Shown in pieces: positions 1 through 11,555 of a stretch of DNA of 64,000 nucleotides; within the stretch, counting starts at the first letter, position 1; the number at the start of each line of letters is the position of its first letter. The stretch lies in assembly GCA_973895155.1 (NCBI GenBank), contig OZ316891.1:5055708-5119707 (forward strand), written 5' to 3'. The position numbers and the translations under genes are program-made. The stretch comes from Marsupella aquatica (lineage: Eukaryota; Plantae; Marchantiophyta). The notes under the pieces are model-generated. The model saw only the letters and a program-made list of their open reading frames with translations. It had not been told where the DNA came from and made no database searches.

Positions 1-780
1 AGATGGGAGAAGCAGAACTGGGATCAGATGAGATTGGAGGGCCACTCCACCTATTAGCCCAACTGCAACGAAGATGGATAAATCATCAACTGTCATCAGC
101 AAGCTTGATAAGATTCTCGAAAACCAGACTAAGATCTGGGAGACGGTGGAGAAAGGCTTGGTCGGGAGGAATTTGCAGAGGTTTTGTAAGAGCAAAATAA
201 GTGTTCCGTTGGCTTCATGAAATGGAGCGATTTGTCAAAGAAGACATGGACAGAACCTGCCCAAGCCTTATCTTTGCTGGAGAAAGAGATTCTGGCGTCT
301 GGGCTACATTGAAGCAGGCTTAAGTGTTTCAACAGCTGTGAGTGGTCGTTTGCATTTTCGTGTGAGGCCATGTACAACAGTTACAGACCTCGGTGAGGCA
401 TTGATGCTTCTCACCTAAAGCTATCGCGTTCACTAACAGATTCGTACCGTGGCTCCAATTATGAAAGTGTTCTCTCAATTTCTGCAAAGATTGTAGCGGA
501 TGATGTAGTGCTTGGGGCGGGTTTGCTACTGCCCCACCTCCACCTGCAGCAAGGAAAATCACTGTTAGATGAACTCACCTGAGCGACCAATTACTCATTG
601 CGAGAATTAGATACGCTGATGGCAATTAGCACAAACTGCTGCTGTTCTCAGAAGGTCAACAATCAGTCTTGACTGTGTGGATTCTTGCCAGGTTCTGGTA
701 CAAGTGTTGACAATCATGACCAGGATCGTACTAGGTCTAATTTGATGGCTAAGAAGGATCCTTCCTGTTGCTCTCTGAAC
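1..780 (+). pseudogene. Degenerate C-terminal fragment of a TORNADO1-like (plant Roco/LRR-Roc-COR) gene
   Basis: Manual translation across frameshifts and stops gives KMDKSSTVISKLDKILENQTKIWETVEKG / RWLHEMERFVKEDMDRTCPSLIF...W / GRLHF(fs)CE / IRTVAPIMKVFSQFLQRL*. This recalls, from memory, the coiled-coil + 'P.LF' + 'RxHxLCE' + 'CLAPYM..FMKL' tail of TRN1-type proteins. Several in-frame stops are present. No database search was run. Confidence 0.35.
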
Positions 781-2977
781 AGTTGACTCTTCGGGCCAAA
801 ATTGGTAGAGAAATTTGCTGTTCAGTGCGTGAAGCCTATCCAAAAGAACTTGGTGTGGTGGGGTTTAGCCCCCGGTTTAGCTCCAGGAACCGCAAAGGAA
901 ATTTATTTTTCGTTTGGTAGTTGTATTGGGTGTGTGCCATGCACTTCGTGGAATGAATTTTGCTGGCTAATAATTGCTCCTGATCCATTGTTTTAGTCTC
1001 TATCCATTTTAGACCTTATAAAGTCAGAAGTCACACCCGGAAGAGCATTGAGAAACTAGCGGTAGATTAATGGTACGAACGAAACGGTAAACTAATCAAA
1101 ATCTCTCATTGCCGGAGCAGTTTTGGTGCGTACGAAACGGTACACTAGCTAGTCAAACAGATTCATTGCTGTAACAATTTTCGATCAGTTTTGGAAGTAA
1201 AAATTCGGAAGACAATGTCATTGTGGTGGAATTTGCAAGTGGAATTCGACTTCCAATCACCTACCGAAGTAAGTTTCATGTTCTTACATTATTTTCCGCA
1301 TGCCATTGAAAGTGCCAGATTCTTGGGGCTGACGACGTCATTAATTCATCCCGCTACGACCTTGCATCAATTTGAACACTCAATCATCCGTTTCAAAGCT
1401 CTGTCGTTCGCTGTCGTTAGTTGTTGGATATGATCTTCCAGGTCCCTTGTCACTAATTGGGCAACGGGCCCAATCTAGTCAGCCCATGCAGGTAGCGCGT
1501 GAACTGTACACACGTCCTTGCCTAGCTTTGGAAAGACGCCAACTAGATAGTGTGGCTAATGGACTGTTGATAGCTATCGCAGCTTGGCATGGGTGTTTAC
1601 TGCCTGTCCATAACGAATGCTGCATCGATTGGTGCTAATCCAACAATTGTACTACGACAATCTCAACAACCGCCCACCTGCTTGCCGTGTTCTGCATGCC
1701 ATGCCCTTCTCGGCCGGTGAGGCCTCAGTCTGGAAGGTTTATTGAGCGATTCGACATCCCAGTGACACACGCTATGGACTTGACTTGCACGAGCCGGTTA
1801 CTGATCGTTATCTTGCGTTCAATTCCGTGGTTCGGAAACCTCGGCGGGTCAGAGGGAGAGCGTAGATCATGCTAGACCTGCCTTGAATCAATTATGCTCC
1901 TGTTCATAGTTTACTTCATTTACACAACTCTTTTGAAATATAGTTTAGTATGTCTGCAAGTTCTGTTCGAGAGTGAACCTTCCTTTCGTTCCAGTTACCG
2001 AGATAGGCTTGACTTCCCCGTCATTAATCTGTCAACAGAGCAACCAACATGAATGCGGATCGAACCGATCCAAGATCTCATTCTCTTTTACCAGTCCAGT
2101 ACATGCTCCCCTGATGTGGCGTGCAGGCCGAGACAAACAATCCACAAGGGCTGTGACAATAGAGTTAGCTGGATCCCCGAATGTGGATCAAGAGATACCT
2201 GAGCTGTTCAAGTTCACTCATCTATCCTTCCATTCGGAGTTCTGACCAGACAGTATGAGTTGACGGAGATTTCTCTAACGTGTAAGGATCTTTAATGAAG
2301 TCAGCGATTCAAATGATTAGGGACGATCGAAGTGCTTACCGTGTACTAACTCGCAATTCAATTACCACGTCATGCTGCTCCTTGAAATTTGGACTTGGAA
2401 GATTGCATGGTCACAAATACCTCATCGAGTGAACTGTGCACTCTATTAGCGTGGGGCCCAGGATTTACTCCTACATTTAGGCATCATGGGAAGTTCACTT
2501 TCGATTCTGTCCAAACGGTCTCATTCTTTCTTGCCTCTCTCTCAACTTTACCGACTACTACGTATATCGGATCGATGTGGACTCCGAGTTATTCATTTCC
2601 ATTATGCATCGATCTCTCGATCATTTCTCAAACTTGATCTAACCTGTGACGCCTGATGTTGATTGACCATCAAGGTTATTAGATTGGCTGGATTGTAGCC
2701 TCTACGGTAGAGCGATTTATCCATTCTCCTCTTTGAGAATATTATTGTACACGATTGCAGCCCGGATGGTGCGTAGATTTGTGTGCTATTATTGTGTGCG
2801 AAGATTCATCAACTTTCGAGGATTCAATTCGGAGCTCTTTTAGATAAATACTTTGTACATGAGCTGGGTATTCAGCCTTCGAGTGATATTTGGGCAAATC
2901 ACGTCGTAAAGTTGTAGGAATTCTTTGACCGGGGCGGTGGACTGCATTCTACGTAATTGTATCATACATCGAAATTA

Positions 2978-4940
2978 ATGGCGAGCTATTTCCCGGGATC
3001 AGGACGAAATCATCTTTTCGTCCCTGGCCCGACGAATATCCCAGAGCCAGTGATGCGAGCCATGAACAGGAACAATGAGGACCATCGTTCGCCTGCTTTT
3101 CCCAAGCTGTCCGAGTCCGTTATCATGGACGTCAAGCGCTTGTTCAAGAGCAGCACGGGCACGACGTTCATCATACCGACCACTGGCAGCGGGGCCTGGG
3201 AGAGCGCCCTCACCAACACTCTATCTCCGGGTGACAGGATTCTGTCTTACCGATTCGGCCAATTCAGCCTGCTTTGGATCGATCGGATGCAGCGCCTCAA
3301 TTTCAAGGTCGATGTGGTGGATCTCGAATGGGGAGCTGGTATTGAGCTGAGTGATCTTAGCGCAAGACTCCAGACCGATGTTCTTCAGAACAAGAGCTCG
3401 ACGTCAGGAAAGCCCCTCATTAAAGCCGTTTGTGTAGTGCACAATGAGACTTCTACTGCAGTCACAAATGACATTGCCGGAATTCGGAGGGTTTTGGATT
3501 CCGTAGGCCATCCGGCCCTGCTGCTGGTGGATGCGGTGTCGTCCATCGGTGGCATCGATTTCAGGATGGACGAGTGGAAGGTTGATGTGGCTCTCACATC
3601 GTCACAGAAGGCATTATCGCTTCCCACTGGTGAGAAACAACTAATTCGGAAAACTGGTTAGAATTCGTGGGTCCATATATGTTCCATATACTCATTAGTA
3701 CTGTGTGCATCTACAGCTGCCTGCATTTATGTTAAACGTACAATGAGCTCCTGAGGTCCAAGTCCCTTAATTTAGGAGACATATGTAGAGTTGCATGAAT
3801 TTCATTTTGGTTTCCAGGATAATCGATGAGAAGCACAGCTCATATGATTTCTTACATAACTCGGTTTCGCTCGTTTGATCGGTATTCGTTAGTCTAGATG
3901 ATCGAGTTTCGAGAGAACAGCATTCTGTGAATCAAGTTCTAGCGCACGAAGAAATTTCAATGCACTTCTTATTAATTTGGAAGTGATGACTTATTAGACT
4001 ATCGGAAGAAAGCTATGCTCTAGCTTAAAGTGAACAACGTACAAGGAGGAAATGATCTTTAGTGTAGATGATTCTAGAGCATCTATTGAGAACATGGGAG
4101 GTTAATGGAACAAAGGCTCCAATATTAGATAGAAACACTGAGCGGGAGAATTGAAGACAGGAGACTCACAAGAAAAAGCAAAAAAACTCTCCAATGCAAA
4201 TATAAAGAAAGGAAGAGGCTTCATGAAGACTTGTAGAGCTAAATTGAATTAGATGTTCAAATATTCTTGTTCGTTATCTTCTTCTCAGCTAGAAGCAAGA
4301 GAAAGGAAAATTTTGATCATGAATGACCAATGGTGAGGCCTGAATTTGTGCAGGTTTGGGAATCATTTGTGCGAGTCCGAAGGCACTGGAGGCAGCAAAG
4401 ACAGCCAAAGCCCTCCGAGTCTTCTTTGACTGGGCCGACTACCTCAAGTGCTACAGCTCGGGCACATACTGGCCCTATACACCATCAATCCAGCTCCTCT
4501 ATGGTTTCCGGGCAGCTATGGATCTTATCTTTGAAGAAGGGCTTGACAATGTGATAGCCAGGCATTCCCGCCTTGCAGAGGCCACAAGGCGTGCAGTTAA
4601 AGCGTGGGGACTGAAGACGTGTACCATGAAAGAAGAGTGGAACAGTAACACCGTGACTGCAGTTCTCGTGCCACCACACATTGATAGCGGGAACATTGTG
4701 AAGCTGGCTTGGAAGAAATTCGATCTCAGTTTGGGAGTTGGGCTTGGCAGCGTTTCTGGGAAGGTGTTTCGAATTGGCCACATTGGGAGCTTGAACGAGC
4801 TGCAACTTCTGGGAGCGTTGGCTGGTGTTGAGATGGTACTGATTGAAGTGGGCATTAGCACTGTGCAGATGGGGAGCGGTGTAGCTGCAGCAGCTAGCTT
4901 TTTGAGAACATCAACCCCTATTATAACCTCCAGGATTTGA
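2978..4940 (+). CDS. AGT1: Serine:glyoxylate / alanine:glyoxylate aminotransferase (class V PLP enzyme), peroxisomal; 2 exons: 2978-3629, 4354-4940
   Basis: Motifs GRNHLFVPGPTNIPE, VHNET, LLVDAVSS, DEWKVDVALTSSQKALSLPTG (PLP lysine), YWPYTPSIQLLYG and KVFRIGH; C-terminal PTS1-like SRI. Phase-1 intron GTGAGA...TGTGCAG joins the two ORFs in frame (PTG/LGII). Confidence 0.95.
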
Positions 4941-5455
4941 GTCCTCTCTGGTCTCTTCAGAATTACTCTTGATGGCCACCGGGGAGTGGGACTAGAGAAA
5001 GTGTTTGGGAATATATTTAGAAGTGGCCACAGTCGGATTTTGAACGAATTGCAACTTGTTGAAGCGTTGGCTGGTGAGATGGTTGATCGAAGTGGGTACT
5101 AGCATTGTGCAAATGAAGAGTGTCCTAGATAGCAGCAGCTAGCTTTTTCGATCATCCACTCGTCTAATAATCTACAGGGTTCGAAGCCTTTCTAGTTTCT
5201 TCAGAAATACTCCGATGGCCTCCGTGGAGTTGGACCTTGCAAAGTTTCGGGGAAGGTATTTTGAATTTGCCAGTGGGATTGTGAACAAGGCAACTTCTCG
5301 AATCGTTGGCTGGTGAGATGGTTGAATGATAGAAGTGAGTATTAACTTTGTGCAAATGGGCAGTCCTGTAGCTGCAGCAGCTAGCTATAATCACTTATTT
5401 CTCTTGTAACATCGAGGATATGAGATATCTCTATCTCTAGTCTCTTCTGAAACAC
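4733..5455 (+). repeat. Three tandem ~240-bp units: the AGT1 3' coding end plus two degenerate downstream copies
   Basis: The motif order ggagt(t)gg..aag(g)t.ttt..gcca..tgaac..gcaactt..cgttggctggtg(ttg)agatggt..gaagtg.g..tta...tgtgca.atg..gcagcagctagct..tc(t)cttc.gaa recurs at ~4733, ~4982 and ~5225. Confidence 0.85.
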
Positions 5456-6352
5456 TCAAGATTGATGTAATGCAGGGTTCGGGTTCAGTTTCTCTCCACA
5501 GTGCACTACGAATTTAGTGTTTCAGAAAGACTCAATTCGTGTGTGTAGTAGTCTTACTATTTTCAAGAGAGTTTGGTGGGTGACATCAATGTGATCAGAG
5601 CGAAAATGAAGGGAGGACATATAGATCGGGTCACATTAACTGGTGCACGGGATAGGAGTGATTTCTCAAACTGTAGCAAACAAACCTATTCTTAGTGAAC
5701 GATGATGACTTCGCATGAATCGAACCTTCGCTTAAATGAAGACCGTGATTTCAATTTCGATGGATGAAACGTTTGCGGGTTCAGGTGGTTATTATTTGCC
5801 TTCTCGTTGTGCAAAGTGTTCCCACATACAAAGTCTGGGCAGAATGAGTTGTCAACACGACTTTCGAATTTTCGGAAGTTCGGAAGTTCTCTTTCGTTTC
5901 ATGTGCATTTGGCAAACTTTGTCAGGAAAGTCATAGGTTGTGAAGCGGGATGATAGTGCAGAGACAACCCACTTATTGAGAGCTATGCAAATCATGTGGG
6001 AAATTTCAATGTAATCATCGATGGAGAACCTTGACATACTTAACTGCAAAGAAAAACTATTTGAAAGGGAATGACATGGTTCAAGTGAAGTATACAAAGT
6101 ACACTGGCGTTTATTAAAACTCAATCCCGGATGGAAATATTCCACAGCAGGGGAGCACCAGAAATTTGTGCAGGGCGTCAAAGCTTAATCGTACAACTTT
6201 AGTTCATGTACAAAGATATTTCTCAGCGGGGACATGCACTGCTATGTCCTCGCACTACATACAGTCCGCTTAATGGTACAAGGCGCTCCGACATCTCTCG
6301 GCACTTCACTACCGAGAGTCATCTGTCGAGCGACAGCTACAATTAATACTGT

Positions 6353-7811
6353 TTACTGGGGGACGGCCTCCTGAACTTTGTCCAGAAAATCGCCAATAAT
6401 GCCCTTTCCGTCCTTGCTAACGCTATCAGCCTTGGACTGCGCATCGGCTACGAACGAACCAGTTTTTCCCTTGGCAGTTGAGATATCGGACTTCACTTTG
6501 CTCTGGGCTGTGTCGACATCAGAAGACACCTTTCCTGCAGCGCCGTCAAGGACAGCACTCGCATCGGAAAGATCGCCTGTGGGTTTCTGTAGCATTCACA
6601 AAACACACATAAGCTACTGTCAGTAGCGCGAAGAAGACTGATAGCCACAAATACCAATGTGGCCAGACTAACGAGTCCTTCCCTGGTACGTGTCAACAGT
6701 CACATCTCGTTGCCAGATAACAATGTTTAAACTTAGCACAGCGTGAGTGCAGATGTACATCAGTGAATTACCTTTCCGAAGATTCCGTCAATTCTAGTCT
6801 TGGCTTTGAGAACAGCCTTCTTTGCTCCTTCAATGGAGTCTCCTCCTGCTCCCTGGAGGCTTTCAATAGCGCCTGCTCCACCCCTGCATTAAGTGAAAAG
6901 TTCCGCGTTAGCTCCAATTTTTCCGTGCCGAGTCTTCTAAGTAAGTTAACACAGTCGTAGATCTGGGATATCTCAGTGCCTGCATTTGACTATTTGAACA
7001 CTTCGAAGTTTGAAATAAACTCCTCTGAAGTTCAGAACACGAGAAGAGCTCCAACCAAGAATACTTTATTTGTACACTCGGAGACGAGATCAGATTCAAG
7101 CGCTTACTTTTGAGCAATGCGGTCGGTCTGGTCTCCGCCGACACGACCTGGGCCAAATCGTGGTGGAGAATCCTTAGTTGTCAATTCATCAGCAGCTTTC
7201 AACAGATCGCCGGCCTTCTCGTTCGTGCGCTGAGCACCTGGAGTGCCAGGTCCTGAAGCGGCGAAACTGCTTCCAGCGGTGGCAAGAGCTGCACCAGCGG
7301 CCATCAAACTGGCCAGCATTTCTCTCCTTGCTGTCTTGCCAAACTGCTCCTGCATTCGTAATGAAGTTTCGACACGAATCAGCAAGGCCATTCACTGATA
7401 AGCAGCATTCGAACCACTCTCATGACTAGGAGGAGCTCAACGTTGATTCAAACAAGCAAAACGCACTCAAACCGCCACCGACAACAATACCGCTGGAGGA
7501 AAACATCAGGCAGGTCCAACGCAAACCACAAAAGAACGAGGTACACACTCCAACGACAGAACGAACGACATACGAAAGACCCGAAACCAGCGAATTGAGT
7601 TATGCAATCCATCCACACAGACCTCGTGAATGGCGGCTCTGGTGACCATCACATTGCGCCTAGCAGAAGCAGGTCTGAGTGGCGCAACTCCATTGCTCAC
7701 AAACGTGGATCCGAACGACGATGACGAAGAAAGCCCAGATGCGTTCCTCACTGGAGCGACGCTTCCAACTCCCGCTGCCACGCCCATAGTCACTGAAGCT
7801 GCTGCTGCCAT
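6353..7811 (-). CDS. Uncharacterised chloroplast thylakoid-lumen (Tat-pathway) protein with LEA-like 11-mer repeats, ~258 aa; 4 exons: 7811-7623, 7349-7108, 6883-6772, 6586-6353
   Basis: All three introns are GT-AG and phase-compatible (0, 2, 0). Ser/Ala-rich transit peptide ending VMVTRA. Twin-arginine signal ARREMLASLMAAGAALATAGSSFAA. Hydrophilic A/G/K/D/S-rich mature region. Confidence 0.85.
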
Positions 7812-8010
7812 CGCGACGACCGAAATGTACAGAACTAAAACTTACAGGTAAACTTTGGATCGAAGGATGGACGAATACACTGGCTGTGATTTCACAGAAG
7901 AGATGATTGACAGAAGAGCTCGAGATGTAAGGGGAGTGAGGATAATACAAATTAGTTTGGAAGGGGATGAGGCGGAGGAGATCGAGATATGCAAATTGAA
8001 GCCAATTCGC

Positions 8011-8162
8011 TGCACGCGTATGGATATAAAGGGCATATCGTCTGGAGGGGTCCGAGCAGTTAACACTTGGAGGCATCGTGGAATGGGCCTCGACCATCTC
8101 GACCGACACCTGGTGCCACCTCGCAACAGGAAGGAAGGGGGAGTTCGAATGGAGCCACGTGG
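8011..8162 (-). promoter_or_regulatory. Putative ABA/dehydration-responsive promoter of the lumenal LEA-like gene
   Basis: G-box/ABRE GCCACGTGG (8154-8162), DRE core ACCGAC (8102-8107), CE3-like ACGCGTG on the minus strand (8013-8019) and a TATA-like TTTATA near 8025-8030. All lie within ~350 bp upstream of the ATG. Confidence 0.45.
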
Positions 8163-8225
8163 TGTGCATGCCTTTGGCATGGCGCTTGTCCACTCGCCAC
8201 TGGCTGCTATGGGAGTCTCCAGGAG

Positions 8226-9110
8226 ATATAGGGTAGTGAGGATTTGGTCTTGGGTTACTAGCTTATAACCTGGGTTACTAACCTGTAACCCCTGTGACCA
8301 GAAAGTGAGTAAACCTGGGTGACGAGCCTGTAAATCCTTGTGACCGGAAAGTGAGTAAATGTTGTGACGAGCCTGTAAATCCCTGTGACCAGAAAGTGAG
8401 TAAATTTTGACCGGCAAAGCTTTTCTGAGCTTTGTGGGGAACGGGCTCTAACTATAACCCCAGCCCAAATGGTCTTTATCACACGTAATTCCTGTTAGGA
8501 AGAAAGGTTACGGGAGTGTAACCTTTTCTACTAGGTGCTACAATTTCCATAACCCTATGCCCAGAAAGTCCTACCCGGTAATTTGTTTTCCTGACAAATA
8601 GTATGTATAGGGTAGTGATATTTTGGTCCAGGGTTACTAGCCTGTAACCCATTTGACCAGTAAGTGAGTACATGCTGACCGGTGGCAATTGGAAAGCTTT
8701 TCTGAGCTTTGTGGGAATAGGTTTCAGACTAGAACCCCAGCCCAAACAGTCTTTATCATGATATGTAATTTCTGTCAAGAAGAAAGGCTATCGTTTCCAT
8801 AACCCGGTGCTCGGAAACTCCCACCCGTTAATTTTTTTTCCGGACATATATGACGTGTATTAGGGTAGTGATGGTTTGGTCCGGGGTTACTAGCCTGTAA
8901 CCGTGTGACCACAAAGTGAGTACATGCTGATCGGCGACAACTGGGAAGCTTTTCAGAGCTTTGTGGGAATAGGTTTCGGACTAGAACCCCAGCCCAAACA
9001 GTTTTTATCATGCTTACTTCCTATCTAGAAGAAAGGTTACTAGTGTGTAACCTTTTCTACTATGTGCTACCATTTCCATAACCCAGTGCCTGGAAAGTCT
9101 TATGTGGTAA
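8226..9110. repeat. Tandem array of three ~250-380-bp units, with internal ~45-50-bp sub-repeats in the first unit
   Basis: tagggtagtga...tggtc..gggttactagc.t.taacc at ~8229, ~8607 and ~8861. gcttttc.gagctttgtggg...cccagcccaaa..gt.tttatca recurs three times. The sub-unit gtgacc.gaaagtgagtaaa occurs three times at 8294-8404. Confidence 0.85.
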
Positions 9111-9528
9111 TCTTTTTTGGGGGACAATTTACTGAAAGCTGAGATTTAGTACAGAAGAGTTTTTGGTTACCTTTGGGTTTAGAGGTGACTCACCATGAGC
9201 CCAACAATTGAAGGTGATTTTGGGACATGTGCACTTTACTCATGGGCAAAACACCAGGTGAGACACAGAAACATATTTTTGGGTATGCATGTGGCATGGT
9301 CCACTAGCGCAAGACTAGCTGCGGCCATGGAGTCCATATAAATAGAATTTTCAAACCATATAACAAGAATTTTATTGTCACTCATTACCAAGGGCCTGTA
9401 GACTATTTTACTCTTGACCCGCCTTTGGGGTTACTTTCCTTGCATGGACTTTACCAGACTTTTCAATTTACAGTTCAGTATGGCTTTAGTTCCTTTGCTA
9501 TTGTGAAGGACTCTTTGGCTATTTGGCT

Positions 9529-9821
9529 CCTGGGGTCTTCACTTTTTCTCTTCCAACCCCTTGTGCGCGAAGAAGTTAGGGGTTTTAATTCAATTGGGCG
9601 GAATACTTTAAAAAAATTGTTGAAGAAAAATAGGGGTTTTCTAATCCAATTTTGGGAATTATAAGAACTATTGAGTTTTTAATACCAAAATTGGGAATAT
9701 TCCATAAAATTAGGGGTTAGAAAATAGCAAAATTTTAATATCATTTCTTAAGTTTTAGGGGATTTATTACTTGAAAACTGAGTGCGTGATATGTGACCTC
9801 CCTTGGAATGAGGCCCCCGGG
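9529..9821. mobile_element. MITE-like element (~293 bp), copy 1
   Basis: Imperfect ~13-bp terminal inverted repeats (CCTGGGGTCTTCA ... TGAGGCCCCCGGG) around an AT-rich interior. Colinear and similar to 44134-44435. Confidence 0.65.
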
Positions 9822-11373
9822 ACTTGACTCTTTGGTTTAATTTCCTGAGGTTTTTCCCTTGCTTTCTTCCTCCCTTTCTTCCCTTTGTTAGTTGCATATG
9901 TGATATATAGTTACATCATTCTAGTGCTTGACTATTCTAACTTATTGATAAATATATTAAAAACCTAAGTTTTAGTATCACTCCTAAATTTATTAAATCA
10001 TAAATTTTGTATAAGATAATAGAAATATAAAGTAATTATAAAACTTGCAATGATGGAAAATTGAAGCGCATCAAACTCTGTGCCCAAGTACAACGAGGCG
10101 CGGGCCCAGAGGAGGTTGTGGGTCATGGAATGAATGTTTTAAATTTGAAATAGTACTTGATTTGCACAGCAGCAGATCTGTGTGATGCACTATTGCACTC
10201 GTAGAAGAGCCCAGTTGGGTCCTTGAGGTCGTGTGATCAAATTGGGGGTATGAAGCAATTTTTCTTTTCCAATCAACTCACGGCAGAGAAAAGTGGCAGA
10301 GAAATAAATGAGCTTAAAGGGGTTCAATAATTCCTACATTGAAAGAATGAGGTATTTACTTGATCAACCCTCAGGTCTATAAAAAGTCCAGATCTAAGAT
10401 GGAAAGGTCCATCAAGGGTCCAGATTGAGGAAAAGTATGGAGGGGTTGATTAAGCAAAAATTTTCCAGAATGGGGTCAACTAAGCATATCTCTCTTGAAA
10501 TAATAAATGAAATATATATGGGGGGGTTCATTTAATTTGCAGATAGAAAAAATAACCAAGAAGCCAGCTATGGAAGGCCCAAATTAAAATTAAAATTATC
10601 ACCAAAACAAATTGGAATTGGGAGACTGAAACAATGCTGTACCATAAGGGGAAGTCAGAAAAAAAGTTCCCTTTGTTAGTTGCATATGTGACTAGCCTTT
10701 GTGATCTTGTCTCCCACTTTCAATGTTTTTGCTCTTTTGAAGCTTGCTGAATGCAACCGGTATGAACCATACCCATGGTGTAAACACAACATGTTGGATA
10801 CACCTAGCCAAAGACATATGTCAATGCCATATAGTGTCACTAGTAGGAAGTACATATGATGTGGGTACACCGCCATCTGGCCATTTTTGTTTTGGGAGGA
10901 GATAACCCCAATACTGCCTCAACCCATTAAACTCCATGCCGCTCACAAATTGTGTGGCCATAAGGGGCTACCAAACAGGCCTAGATCTATGGAAGGCCCT
11001 AGCAACAATACCCTGACAAGAAAGGGTGTGGCCATTCCTGCGCATCTTAATAGCAAGGCTTTTCTTGGCTATCCTTCTATGCTAAGCAACTACCACACAG
11101 ACTGCTTGACACTACACCCATACTGTACCAAGCTCATGCAAGCTTTGGATGCTTTGGAATTGATACTATGCAACCTGCTGTAACTTTGTTGGTGATCATG
11201 GGAGGGGATTGACATTGGTCTGGCAAGATTCACTGGAGTACAATACTACAATTGGAGAGAAAGCTAAAGATTATACATGATTGCAAAATATGTTGAGGTC
11301 CTTTTTCCACATTTTGAGATTTGCTAGTAATTTACTAGATCATGTGGGCAGATCATAGTGATGATTTGTGACT

Positions 11374-11555
11374 TATTTTTCCCTAGACAGTCCATGTGTC
11401 CCTCTAGCCGTCCGGACAACGCAATGGAATCGAACATGGGACTTGAGATCTTGTTGTTAATGCTTTATTTCTGCCTGGTGACAGCCAAGGGCTGAGTGAA
11501 GGCACCGGGTACGTGGATCGCTTTGGTCGTGACGTGATCCCTAGGGAAAAAAATA
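11374..11555. repeat. Small element bounded by inverted repeats (possible MITE remnant)
   Basis: TATTTTTCCCTAG (11374-11386) ... CTAGGGAAAAAAATA (11541-11555) flank a relatively GC-rich ~155-bp core. Confidence 0.35.

Noticed and set aside
1580-1592. Partial match to miR536 (TGCCAAGCTG on the minus strand)
   Set aside because: Only ~10 nt match and no precursor hairpin.
7660-8417. Long ORFs (177, 191 and 137 aa) upstream of the LEA-like gene
   Set aside because: They overlap the 5' UTR, promoter and tandem repeats, with no protein-like features.
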